DNA of 64,000 nucleotides from Chamberlinius hualienensis (lineage: Eukaryota). The stretch lies in assembly GCA_054772095.1 (NCBI GenBank), contig BAAGAE010000031.1, forward strand, positions 1,302,979 through 1,366,978, given 5' to 3'. Of the stretch, positions 13,859 through 27,162 are shown piece by piece; the first letter of the stretch is position 1; each line of letters begins with the position of its first letter. The notes beneath the pieces were generated by a model. It was not told the DNA's origin and made no database searches. It worked only from the letters and a program-made list of their open reading frames with translations. The translations under genes and the position numbers were made by a program.

Positions 13859-16800
13859 TTATTCTGTCGCTGCTTTATATGCGCATACAACTGCATTTTT
13901 GGTGTTATGGATTGTCAGAATTGCTTTTAGTAAAAAAATAAATATAAAAAAAAGACAGATAGCAGCAGAAAAATGGCAGGCAAGCAGCATTTCAACCGAT
14001 TCGACGTTGTCACGTTAATATTTTACACTTATTTATTTATTTTGTCATCAAACAACGTTATCACTTAACGCAATTTTTCATTATGAACGCGTTTGTTTGC
14101 TAGGAAAGTTAATCACAAGAGAAAGAAAAGTCCATCGATCGAGACTGTGTCTTTCCAAGATTACTGTAACAATGAAAGCTTGAAAACTGCGAATTTTCTC
14201 GTATTGAATTTGGACATTAGAGTCGTTTGATCAACTCTTAAATTCAATAAGTGTAACTCTACGGACGAAGATACAAAGACGGTTTTTACTAAATTACATT
14301 CCTTAAGAATAGAATGGTCGCACGCTTACAAACAATTTTTTTTTACAAAATTCGTAGATGTATTTTCCCTTTTAATTTATTTCTAATTTTTCTTATATGT
14401 TTGTTTTAATTTTGAGTTTTCGTTTCAGAAAACTATAGTCTAGCCTATAGTTCTGAATTTTAATTTAAACTTCTTTATTTCTATCTAGACTGGTTTTTTT
14501 TTTAAAGATACTTTAATAACACGGAATTGCAATTACGTGCATTTCAGATTTCATCGATTTTGGAATATTTTATTGATTAACTTTCTTGTTGAATATTTAC
14601 AAATAATAATACAGACTCAGATGTTTATGATGTGATATCTTATTTTTGATCCTCAAATACAGTATAATTATAAGTCATGCCGATTTGAAGAAAGTATTGG
14701 CAGAATAGTTGACATTATAAATTCAAGATAAAAACCTCGATACGTTGCCATTTAATTAATTTTAGAACTTAGTCAAGTTTATAGAACTTTAAGATAGAAT
14801 CATATGCTAATACGATGATTAGTTTTTTTTTAAGAAATATTTTAGGTTGAGTGGTTATAAAGGAGGCTCAATTGAATTCACTTCTTATGCAATGGACGCA
14901 GCGGAATGTCCTGAATCTTGGTAATTTTATGTCGCTTTCTTCTAAATAGTTTTGCCAGTAAAACCATATGCATTTGACATTTCAGTCCATTCTTATAAGA
15001 AAATGTTTTCTCATTTGAATATTTTTTTTAGTATTATTTTGGACTTTTAGTATTCCAGGCATAGCATTTATTTGAATTTTTGTGCATATGCATGTTTATT
15101 GGCAATGTCACAAGCTTGAAGGTTTCTTTTTTTTTTCTTGACTGCTTTATTTATCTTCTACATTTTCTTAAAGTGAAATTTCTTTTCGATCGAAGACATC
15201 AAATTTTGCAATTGAATTGGTTTGAAATTGGGTTTTTTTGTACGTGTGTGTGTTCAATTCAGACTGGCGCGTAGAAATGACAAACTTGCAATTTTTGTCA
15301 TTTTGGTTTAATATTTCTCAAATCAATTGCATTTTTAACGGCATCTAAAACGTTAAATTGAAAAATAGCGAAGTGTTAAAACCGATGGAAAATACAAGAA
15401 ATTCGGTCTTAAAACAGGAAATGTATTGATATTTCTGCCGTTTTAATATCTTTTAAGTTTGTATAATGTGCATAATAAGAAAATGTGGGACTTGCGCAAC
15501 ATGAAAATGGGATCGCAGTGGCAGCAATATTGTCAAAGTAATCGCAATCATGGAAGTAAATATTAAATGGGTCAGGGTCAGATGAATATAATATTATTTA
15601 TAGCTGAAATGGCAATTTAATCCTTCATCCAAAAAAAAATCATGCGCCTTTGCATGTTTATTGCGTCATTGTCATGTAAATGAATTGAGGGATGCTAATT
15701 TTTTTTTTCCATTCGCACAAAAAATGCACAATGCTGATTTTATGAATTTTATAGTATGCTTATCAAATTAATTCGATTTATATGTGAAAAATGGAGTAGT
15801 AATGGTTCTCCGCGTCAAGTTGACGGCTTTTTACGTACATAATTAATGCTTCGTTTTGAAATCATTAACTTAGACGTACAAAAATGAAAATATTTTAAAT
15901 ATGGCGAATAATATTTTCTTTATATCGTCAAAAAATTGTTATTAGGAATTTTTAGATTTTTATCTGTTTTTAACATGCCATCATCCGATTTCACATTATT
16001 TACACTTCCGCTATTCTCTCTCGTTGAATTTAATGTATGACCCAGGGTATGGTTACATTGTACACTTGTTGTTATGGCGTATGACTACTTTTTTTTTCCC
16101 CCGTCGAATATCAGTGTATGTATTATTCTTATATTCAATTAGCGATTAAGTTACTTGTGTAATTTGTAAACGTACAATTAAAAGTAATAGCTAAGCATCT
16201 TTGAAAAAGTTGATATGTCTTAGTTGCGTCTCTCGATGGAATACTTTGTACCGACGCAGCCGTATTATCCCATCTTTCACTCTCCCTGGCATTTATTTAA
16301 TGCTATAAACATTGTATAAACACTTTTCTGGCTGATATCCAAAGCAATTCACCATTTGAATTGCACTGAAAGGATAGTCCATACTTAACAGTCATACGTT
16401 ATAGCTTTTAACTTTTAACGTTTTAGCTGGCACCGAAGGCAATTGTGATCAACAGTCGACGAATATTTAACGATACATAAGTGTAAAAAAATCTATTCAA
16501 TGAAAAATACTCTGCGTCAGCAGAGTAAGCGTTTGTTTCGACAACTACATTAACAAAAGTCCTTCTCAAAGAAAATAAAAAATAAAAAAAAGATAAAGCT
16601 TTGCAGTGCCATTTGTTAAGTGGAAATGCTTTTCCCATAATTAAACAATGCACCAATTATCGATAACCGGATCGATATCGTTGGTGTTGAATCCGATAGT
16701 TTGACTTTATGATGCGGTGAAATTAATTCTATAAATTTCGTAGCGTTTTGTAATTTTAAATCGATACTAATGGATGTTAAATATTTAAAGTATCACAGGC

Positions 16801-17299
16801 TATACAAAATGAGTCTACGTACAGTATACTGTCAAATGAAAATGTTACCGGGCTTATTTCATGTTTAAAACAGATTAATATTGATCTTTGCATATTTTAT
16901 TTTGTTGTTTATTATCGGACGGATATTTCTAAGAATTTAAGGCTTTCGAGAGTAGATTCTATATAATTTGATATGGTTTCTTTGTTTTTAGAAAAAGAGA
17001 AAAAACGTTTTGGAAGCCATAACGACGTTATGGATGCTGCTGGTGCTGTTTCATTTACTGGCTGACGTTTCTTTTATGCTGTCAATGGCATTTTAAAAGT
17101 CGTATAAACGACTAATTTTAGTAACATCTACTTTTTATCAATATTAGATTTCATCTTTTCTAAGAATTGCTATGATTAGAAGTCATAGCAAACATCAAAT
17201 TTCAAAAACGATTTTTTTTAAAAAGTGGCTAACAAAATGTAGCAATTTCAAAACATCTACAGTAGATTTTAAAAGTAGGATTAATTTCAGTTTACTCAC

Positions 17300-17342
17300 T
17301 TCATTTGCTTTACGATCGTACTCTTTCCGGACTCACCAGCTC
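17300..17342 (-). CDS. GNAO-like: G protein alpha-o subunit, 43-nt microexon 2 (GAGESGKSTIVKQMK, P-loop)
   Basis: Reverse complement: ttgcag|GAGCTGGTGAGTCCGGAAAGAGTACGATCGTAAAGCAAATGAA|gtgagt. It encodes (G)AGESGKSTIVKQM(K) with phase 1 in and phase 2 out. Its 43-nt length and phases match the conserved exon 2 of Galpha-i/o genes. It is flanked by a canonical AG acceptor and a GTGAGT donor. Confidence 0.85.
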
Positions 17343-20312
17343 CTGCAAGAATCAAAAACATACATTAACATTTGCAAAAATAATAACGAATATATGAGTT
17401 ATGAAGTTAATTCCTATCTGATGACGTCATAATGGAAGTAATTTTTGGCAACGTTTTTGTCTCGTGTATGTGTGTGAGTGTTGTGGGTTTGGATGAATGA
17501 TTAAAAATGCTACGCCTGGACCCAGAGCAGCATTACAATAAGGTTGGGGTTATGAGCGAGTGTCTCAAGAGTCGAATCAAGTAATTTATGTGCAATTACA
17601 AGGTACACGGATACAAACATACTCTAGAATGTATAAATGCAAACCTTTGGTAAGTTTGGTCTAATTGGAAACAAACGACATGTTTGAATCAATCAACGTC
17701 GGGTTACAACTTTAATTATCCACATTTAAGCGATATGCCTTTTTTAACGCTGAACTTGGAATTAAAAGTAATCAGTAGCTGAAAATTTGATGTTCTAACG
17801 ATCATTTATATACTGTTATAATTTGTTGGAATCTGCATCTAAGCTCGTCGTTGTGACGTTTTCAATTTTTCAAATTAGACAACAGAGTGTTGCATCTTTT
17901 CTCAACAATAAAGTATTTTTCATTTAGGTTTTTACCTGTTAAATAGGGAGTTTAAGTTGAAAATAATATTTTTGATATAATTCGCAATTAAATAAGTGGC
18001 GCATAATACATATGATTACATCGTTGGAATATTTTTTGGCACTAAAATTTCATGTGTTTTTGTTGATCGATTGTGATGGATTCCAATAAGTGTTTGTAAA
18101 ACGTTCCAAAATGTGTGGTTTTTTTTTTTGGTGCTGATTAATATTGGATGTCATCATTCGGTATGTCAATAAGATCAGATGTAATTTGGCTGAAGCTAGA
18201 AATAATTAATGATGTTGTTTCATTAGTCTGGTTAGACAACAACGAGGCAGATTTGTTAAGCAAACTGCTCAGCACATTTTTAAATTTTTATTAGCGCGAA
18301 ATGCATTTTTATAAGATTTACTAGTCACTTTCAAAAATGTAACATACTTCACATTTTGAATCTTTTACACAATTTGACGTTTGCGACATTTTAAAACAAT
18401 GTGTGTAAAACAAGTGCTACGATATTAAAAATTCATCGCACTTAGTGTAATTAAATTTCGAATCGATTAAAAAGGTTTCATTTTATTTGCGGTTTGATCA
18501 CGTATTTAGTCAGTTATTAGATGAATTAGCCAGTTGAATTTGAAAATTGCGCTATTGTGGTTTTTTGATAGGTTTGGCGAAAAGACCATATATTTGAACA
18601 TTAATTTGCATTGCAATTCGAGCGAAGCTTTGAAAGCTTGATGTTCTGCATCGCGTGACGTCATGTGGTGAGTAAGCACATACTCGGTGTACATGTAGAA
18701 AGAATTGATTAATCGACATGAGCAGTGAAATTGATTATTTTCTCCACCTGTCGAGGCAGAATGATGCTGGCAGATGAAAATCCTTTTCATGTCTCATTAA
18801 TTTTTACAAACATAGTACACAGAAAGCAGATGAAAAGCCGAGGATCTACAAAATTTATGCTATGAGATCATCTTATGTCGAGCACTTTTAATGGGCGTTT
18901 TTCACGTTTTATACGGCTATTTGGTCGTAATTTGTATATCTAAACATTTAAATTATCTCTACGTTGTGGTGTTTTCAGTGACAATATCGTGTTGTTTTTT
19001 CTCCATTTTAGATTTGTTCGTTTGTTGCTAGTTAAGCTTTCATTACACATCCAGGGCCCAATCTGCCATAAGCAGCAAATAACTACAGCGCTTGCCAAAA
19101 TCTTTTTTTTTTTTTTTTAGATGTTTGAATTATTAATTGCAATTTTGAATAACTACTCGGGTGCAAGCGCCTTCCGAAAGGATTTTAATTTTTAAAAATT
19201 TTTCAATTCGGGTGGTGAATTGCGAATGCTACTTTGCATGCATTTCGTGTAATGAGTAATAAAATGCGCATGCGTATGTTGTGCATGTAAAAAAATCAAT
19301 ACTTGTACAGTATGTTTCCTGCCTGTGTGTCATCTCATAAATGCAGTGCAATTAAATTTATACACAATAACAACAATAAAGCAAAGATTTTTCGTGCCCA
19401 TCAAATACTCTGATGCCGTCTATACATTATTAAATTATCCGCTGCTTTTATAACACACCACATACTAATATACACCTTTTCTATGAATTTCAAATCTTTA
19501 AGAAATCAATTATAGTAATTAACGACGAGCTTCTGAAATGAATTTAGGTACGATTCAATGTTAATTAAATTGAAAATATGTCAATCGAATTTGATGTAGC
19601 TTTTAAACGTAAATTTGTATTTCGAGGCTTGAACTACCCGGCATCGTCAGGCATTTTATGGTGTTTTGGTTTTGAATACGACAACAATCGATTGTCTGCG
19701 GAGAAAGATTTTATAGCTTGAATATTACGGTTTGACAGCTTTTCGTGTTTTGAAATAAAATAAGCCCCAATTGAAGCAAAATCGGGGTCTGCAATCAAAT
19801 AAATTTTGACATCATCGATGATTTAGGTGAAAATATTTCCATGTAAGGACGTCATTTGGCTTGTAAGAAGCTTTATTGTGGCATTAAGAACATTAGGATT
19901 TCCTATTGGACAAATATTCTGCGTGTATTGTTAAATACATTTTTGTTTTTGATGAAAATGTAGACAATTTTATGCTAATTTGTTGTTTGTTTTGCTTTCC
20001 AGATAACATTTCTTTCCCTTTGTGCATTTCCAGTCAAATGAAAGGTGAGATACGTTTTTTATATTAGTAAATATTTATTCTGTTTGTTGCATTTTTGAAC
20101 AACAAATTTGACAAATAAAGTAATTACGCCGGTGATTATATTTTTAATTAACAGAGATAATTTGTTATCATTACTTTAATTACAGTACTAAAATATTGTT
20201 GAAAATTTATGTCAGCATACAGTACATAAGCATAACTATAATGGTGTATGGAAATTATGCTTAATAAGGAAATAATGAGATTATTTTGAAAAACATCAAA
20301 AAAATCTAAATT

Positions 20313-20368
20313 GTACTAAGAAACTAAGCATCATCGGTTTGTACTAAGAAACTAAGCATCGTCGGTTT
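20313..20368. repeat. Tandem duplication, 2 x 28 bp (gtactaagaaactaagcatc[a/g]tcggttt)
   Basis: The two units are directly adjacent and differ at one position. Confidence 0.9.
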
Positions 20369-23300
20369 ATATTTGAATTTTAAATAATTGAAGTTAAAAT
20401 GCATATAATGACCTATTAATAATATAGTTGCTTAATAATTTAAGAAAATCATAAGCCGACTTCAAATATCATTGTTATAATTATTTTAAATTTAACATTT
20501 TAAAAATTGCTCAAAAGAAAGTCAAAATTATACGAAATGAGTATTTTTTATACTGCAAATTGTCAATACTCTTGTAGACAGTTTAAGGTCACATTAGTAA
20601 AGTATATTTTTGTTTACTGAATTTGCTTGCAGTAGTTGTTAAGTATAACATGTGCAATAGGACCCACGGCTTCTATCTCAAAGTGTGTGTGTACGTACGT
20701 ACTGTATATGATTTGAGGTTTTATTGATTCTTCTCTCCTTTCCTCCCATTTATTCACCCCATCTATCCGTCTATATCTACAGTATCTCCCCATTCCCTTA
20801 ATTCTTGTCCTCCATTTATTTTCCTTTTTTACGTCCCCTTTCAGCTCAGACACTCCCATTATTTAACATTAGAAAAGTAACAGTGTTAAAAGATAGACAT
20901 CTACAAAACATATTGTTCCCTTGTACGAAGCCCCTTTATACACGTGTGGGTCCATTGACACAGGTGTTGCTCTGTGTTAAGAGAGAGAGCCACAATGGAT
21001 AGCAACACTTAGCCACGCCTATTATGTATATTTTGCTTAACGTCATCGCACTAGAATATTACTTGGTTACAGTTTCGATGGTTTAAGAAGAATGGATTAA
21101 TTGATTTCATGACTACGTTATGTAGCTTAAGTTATATTCAAATTGAGGTTTTTTTTTTTTTTTAGGTTTTTCAATCGATTTTTCAGTTTAAAGTCCCTGT
21201 TTTAAACTCATTTTAAAAATATTGGTTTATTGATTCTTTTCCTGTTATGAACAGCAAAGCTTCTTGTGCACATGTTTTCATCATTAAAAATTAATTCTTG
21301 CTATATTAATGAAATATTTGTAGAATTTGCAAATAGGATGCCGACTATTTGATATGTTTTTACTTAAATATTAGCGTGAAATTGGAAACTGAGTGCACTC
21401 ATTCCACACGTGTTCTGGCAATTGAAAAAGAAATAAGGGACAGAGAAAAAAAAAAAAGTCGGTATCCAATTGCATTTTCGATTCTAAATTTCTTCCATTT
21501 AAGCATAAAATCCATTATCCTTAGCGATCATAAATTATTATTACGCCACCTGTGAATTTTGCGTGCGTACGCAAATATGCCGACAATAAAACGTTTGAAT
21601 TTAGGTAGCAGACGAATTGCAAATGATCAACAGTAAATGAAAGCGATAAATTAGCCTACTGCCTACAGATTACGAGACATTTGCTATATCATTTATTGAA
21701 TATCACCATACATTCTGTTTAGCATGGTTAGACGTCTTTTGTGCCAAAATGAGGTTTAGTCACAACGACCGCAGAATGGCTGCCTAATACCGTCGATGGT
21801 GCATGAAACGCGGCAAACATTGAGCCACGTCTCTTCGGATTACCATCATCCAGTGTTACTTATTCGCGCGTATGTGTACAACGCGTATTAATACTTAGAC
21901 AGATGCCATACTATTTTTTCCACGAATCTACGTTTTATACTGTGCGGTTATATTTGCAATTTGTACAGGCAGCTAGCATATGGCAATAATATAGCATCAT
22001 GTCAATGTAAAAATTTAGCGCTCAATACTCAGCGTTCATTGGCTCAGTGCTAGTGTGGACGTGTGTTTGTGTGCGTATATTGTGTGTTGCGTGTTTATAG
22101 CAACGGTTCCCAATCTTATCATGGACACGACACACTGTTTGAGGGTCCAATAATATTATTAGCTGATAAATAGATTTTATGAAGTGAATCAAATAAAATC
22201 AATGGGCATATAGGTATTTGCAATTGGAATGAAATATTCACACACCGGTTGAGTTAGACATTTTGATTTAAACCCGTCTGTATAAACGAAATGTATAAAT
22301 GTCACTTTTAGTCCAAAGATGTTATGTACATAACATTCAAATTCTAAAATCCCAACAAATCTGTAACTACAGTATGTACGTTGTGTTATCAAACAGAACT
22401 GCTTCAGTGTGCACATAATTGCCGCAATTTGTCATTGTTTAACATCAAGTTCAGACCAACGTTATCGATCAGCGCATTGTTTACTATTAATACCAGATTG
22501 GCAATTATTTAATGCGAGTTAATCTAACAAACTTTGCCATAATCTCATACGACGTCTTTATGGGTTGATGTCGATTTTGGTGGCCATTTATATTGTCGCA
22601 ACGCACAACAGACCTAGTTTTTCAGGTGCCAAAAAAAAGAGGTCAATTGGTTTTGCACAGTACACCGAAAAGATCTTATTTCATCAACAGCAACACCCCT
22701 TGCATCATTGTAAAATTTTTGTTTCAATTTTTAGACAAAATGAAATATCGGTGGCAGTATTCACATTATAAAGCCGTATGTTTTGTTGCGTGTAATGTAT
22801 GCTCGCATGTGTCAGTGATTGAGAAACCGATTTTGTATAGCGAGGGAATGAATTTAGCGACAAGGAATTAATGTGGTGGCGGAGGGATTTTGTTTAGTGA
22901 ACAGGAGGTTGTTAGGCAATGAATTGGGACGAAGGGATAGATAGATGAAGGGATTGAGTGATAGATAGATGGGTGTGATTAAGAGGAAACAGGAAGACAA
23001 CTAACGCTATACTGAACTAGAAGAGAAAGTCAGGGGAAAAAATACCGGGTTTGTTTTTTTAAAAAAAAACCGGCTATGTAAAGCGAAATGACCGTTGCAT
23101 AAATTTCATATATTCCGTGCAGACTGTATACGCAAACACATCAATATAATGTAAAAAAAAAAAAAAAAAGTTGAGGGGAGATGATTGGATGGAAAGTGAA
23201 AGAGGAGAAATATAAAAAATTGGTTGAAATGAGGTTTTTTTTTTTTTGGTTGGTAAAAAGAGTGAGAGATGCATTTTATTTAAACAGATTGATAGAAAGA

Positions 23301-23503
23301 AAAAGAGTAAATGTGGGATTTGGGTTTTCTCTATACATGTACACATGAGGTCATGTCATGCTTTCCGCCATATTTGATCGGAGCAACTGCAGGATTGGTC
23401 TGTATTTTTCTTTTTCGGTTAGGTTTTTCCTTCCTTCTACGATATTCCATTATGGCGTATAGATGAAACTATACTGACGATGCATACTGAAATTTGTACA
23501 TAC

Positions 23504-23621
23504 CCAATAGTAATAATTTAATATCTTTAGCAGCTTGGATGCCATCTTCTTTCAAATTTTTTTCAATCTGTTTACTCCTGGCCAAAGCGGCCCTTTCCTC
23601 TGCACTCATAGCACATCCCAT
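23504..23621 (-). CDS. GNAO-like: G protein alpha-o subunit, coding exon 1 ([39 protein letters not shown] + phase-1 G)
   Basis: The reverse complement of 23504-23621 translates to [40 protein letters not shown]. This is near-identical to the Galpha-o N-terminus, including the Gly2/Cys3 myristoylation-palmitoylation motif. A GTATGT donor follows (reverse complement of 23498-23503). The exon was missed by the ORF track because it is shorter than 60 aa and in a split frame. Confidence 0.85.
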
Positions 23622-26216
23622 TTTTTATTTGTAATATTTTATATTTTCAAATATGATGTTTATATAAATGTTTTATGTATATTCCAAATGGCAAAGTCAC
23701 CGCACACCGAATCACCAATAGAAAAAAAAATTAGAAAAGCGACATTTACATACACACCCCGTCGACGTATATTTATTTTTACGCTGTCGTTGACGTTGCG
23801 CACACCACTACACAGATTAAATTCAAATAATTTAAATAGCTATAGTGGAGTAATTGTTACTGGAGATGTGGTGGGAGGAAAATATTGTAGATTAATGCAC
23901 AACCTAAATATTTTTAATTAAAAAATGTGACTATGTTTTGATGATGATAAAATATTTCTCTCCCCCTCTCTGCTTCTTCTTCCACTACAGCAGCTTCTGT
24001 CACCTTGGTTCGTGCATCAATTGCAATTGCATTGATGTAGTTTAGTTGTCGTTTTTACGTGAAAAAACAAATTCAGGGATGGAAAAAATATAAAACACAC
24101 AATCAACAAACCCTTACTTCCAATTAACACCACCACCAGTAACCAGTAACGTCCACCATTAAAATAAAATGAATTCAACGTTAAGGGAAATCCACAGTTT
24201 GAAAATTATTATTTTTCTCCTTCCTCAATTCAAATTTCACGTTCGCTGGTTTCGCACACACACACGCACACAAACATAAACAGTTTTATAAATAGAAACT
24301 TAATAGAAATTTTCTTTTTGACTTTAAATATAATTATAATGTTTTAAAATATACACTCAATGTGTGTTTTCTTCGATTTCCACACCCAGAAATTAATCTA
24401 CTATCAGGCCGAAAGATCCCTTTCTTTGCCGGCTCAGGCTGGCCTGACGTCTCCACGACCGACAGCGACACCACATCAATAGCAACAGCAGAGAAGAGCA
24501 AGCTACAGATTATACTACAGCTTTTTCCCTGTATTTTCTACCCAACATCCCACTTTTCATTTTCCCCTCTTCTATTCACTACAGTGTATTGAGGGTTTTA
24601 GTTTACCCAGTCGTTTTCGTCTTCACAACCGGCCAGCCAATCGAAAATTACGATACAATTTCCCAACGCCTTTCAGCTTCCATAAAAGCGGTTCGTTGAT
24701 TGGATGGCACCAGCCGTGATGAGGTACTGCTCTTATTATGATTGTGTACGTGTACTTGTACTGTACTGTATTATATACATGGAGTACGCTCTTTTTTTTT
24801 TTTTTTTTTTAGCTTATCTTGCAGAGGCTATGTAACGGCAAAATTTGAAAAATCGAGTTATGTTTATTTAGTTTTACGAGCATTTAAGATAAACAGTCAG
24901 TGACGTCATTGCTGAATTGAAATAAGAAAAAAATTTAGGACAGAACTATAAATTCTACCCCAATAATACGTATACCAGAATATATTATTAGGAAAGTTTT
25001 CTTCATTCGAAAATAAAGCATAAAGCGAATTAGTGTCAACATGATTTTTTTTTGGAAATTTGAAAATAAAGTACAACATTGTAATAATAAAGCGAATTTA
25101 CTACGCTTTAAATTTTATTATATGGATTTATTTTAATTTGATATAACAATGTTCATAATATGTATATTGCAAGTGAAATAATATTGCAAGTATTGCAAAT
25201 TACGAAAATATGAAGCTGTTTTTGCAATTTCTTAATTACGGTGATTATAAAAGTTGTGTATCTTGGTTTAACCCCTACATGTGAGCAATCACACACAGCG
25301 ACTGTCATTTTGTTTTCTAAAGCGTCGCATCTTTCTGGGTGGAACTCCAACTAGCCCTTTTACTTTATACTGTATGTGGTACTTCAACTAACCCTTACTG
25401 TACATCATTGCTTCATATTGGTTCAAACCAATTTTTTTCTTCTTTTTTTTCTAACACATGCGATAACCATCATACCTATCAAATACGCAAAGCTTAATAT
25501 TGGGAGAATTTTCTAAAAGTTATCATTTTGCGAATCATAACTTTCGAAACATAATTGAAGCAGTAACTGCTTACATATAACAAATTCTCTAAACTTAGAT
25601 TCCAAATCGATCATATTTTAGGCTTTTTTTTTTTTTGATACTTTTAGGCATTTAAAATGCTTTAAAGTCCTAAATTCGTTTGTGTAAAGGTACGTTGCGT
25701 AATGAAAGGTAGAATTTTTTCAAGGACGCAAACTTCGCCACCATGTGTCGCTGGTTCGCTCCTAGATACACTGATCACTTGATTTCACTCGGCTTATTGA
25801 AAATTGTTTTTTTAGACTTAGTTGTAGTTACAGTATATCAAGGCCAGTTTTATATACAGTAAATTATACAGACCTTAGTATTGTTATTACCAACTGCTAT
25901 TCTACACTCTTGGTTATTACTCTATATTGGATAACAAGCAGTTGTACAGCACGGCGAAATGTTGTTAAAATAAGTTTTATGTAAATGTATGTTGCTGTAA
26001 ATAAGTTACTTTTTATTAGAATAACAAAAAAAAATTAAAAAAAGGAAACTAATTAACTGATGTAACCAAATTGAATCAAATGGCGTAACATTGATCTTAA
26101 TGTGCTTTTTTAAAACCATCGTAAACATTTAAATAATTTAAATGTCATTGCTTTCCAGACCAGTAAATAGCTGTCAGCTGTGTTGAGTAAATCAAATGCT
26201 GTAAAAAGTTAAAAGG
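23622..26216. promoter_or_regulatory. Putative divergent promoter / 5' region between the Galpha-o gene (-) and ISY1-like gene (+); contains a TGACGTCA CRE palindrome (24901-24908), a (CA)n/ACACGCACAC tract and poly-T(23)
   Basis: The start codons are at 23621 (minus) and 26217 (plus). The only ORFs in between are short and low-complexity. Non-coding 5' exons cannot be excluded. Confidence 0.35.
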
Positions 26217-27162
26217 ATGGCACGTAATAAGGAGAAGCAATATGGAAAATTAAATCGTCTTTATCTACAACAGGAGCAAGAAGGTACTCTGATGTTGGAA
26301 TTGGTAGCCAATTACCATAACTTTCTAATATTTCTATATTTTAGTACTGCAACTTCGTAACCCTAAAAGACCTCGTTTGGTAATAACTACTCATTTGATT
26401 TTCGTTCAGTTTATGAATTTTTCTTTTGGGTTTTAGTCAACATTAACTACAGCTGATGAAATCAAACAGTGGCTTCCAAGTATCAAAAGAGACATCGATT
26501 TTAATTTAAAGGTAACCATCGTGACTACCTGTATAAATTATAATACATACTGTACATATAATCGCTTAGATTTTGTTTTATGTTTTGAATACTTTTTATT
26601 TACAGCAAACTGAAGTGATATGTTATTCGGAAGACAAAGTGTCAGAGCTTCGAAATGAAGTTGATAGATTGGAGAATGAATATAAACAATTTATAAGAAA
26701 AATGAAGCAGTTGGATTCATCTATTGAAGATATACCTTGGACTGAACGACCGTATAAATCAAAGAAAAGGAAGGCAACTGATTATGTTGATTTAGGTAAG
26801 AATATGTTTATTTATTTTTTTAAAAAATGCGGTCTTTTAATTACTGCACAGTTTTGAATTTTTGACTTACTCATACCAATTTAAAAATTGTAGAAAGCAG
26901 TTTATCGAAAGAGCAATTAGCTTTCATAGATACACCAATTCTGAATAGGTCTGCAAACCAACCCCAGCCTGTTTTACTAAATGGTGAAATCTGTAATAAT
27001 TTACGCATTGAAGGAGATGATCAACCACTCGTATTTAATAATCCTCCAACGACCAGTCAATATAAAAAACCAATTAAGGAACACAAATTTAATAATGAAC
27101 CTGCTGTACAAGCTACTGAATCCAAATTAAAGAAAATATTTGGAATCTATAATGACGATTAA
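26217..27162 (+). CDS. Small coiled-coil protein with ISY1-like N-terminus (MARNKEKQYGKLNRLYLQQEQEG); 4 exons: 26217-26303, 26437-26511, 26606-26795, 26894-27162
   Basis: Exon 1 MARN.EK....L.R....Q.EEG matches the invariant N-terminus of splicing factor ISY1 (MARNAEKAMTALARFRQAQLEEG). The following exons, TADEIKQWLPSIKRDIDFNLK and SELRNEVDRLENEYKQFIRKMKQL, align only loosely with the ISY1 KAEKWRRQIIGEI / RDLNDEINKLLREKGHWEVRIKEL region. The C-terminal half (NRSANQPQPVLLNG...KKIFGIYNDD) is unrelated. The splice model is phase-consistent with GT-AG introns of 95-135 nt. Confidence 0.4.

Noticed and set aside
23535-23921. 128-aa plus-strand ORF
   Set aside because: It runs antisense across Galpha-o coding exon 1 (23504-23621) and its 5' flank. 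The protein-like signal belongs to the minus strand ([13 protein letters not shown]...).
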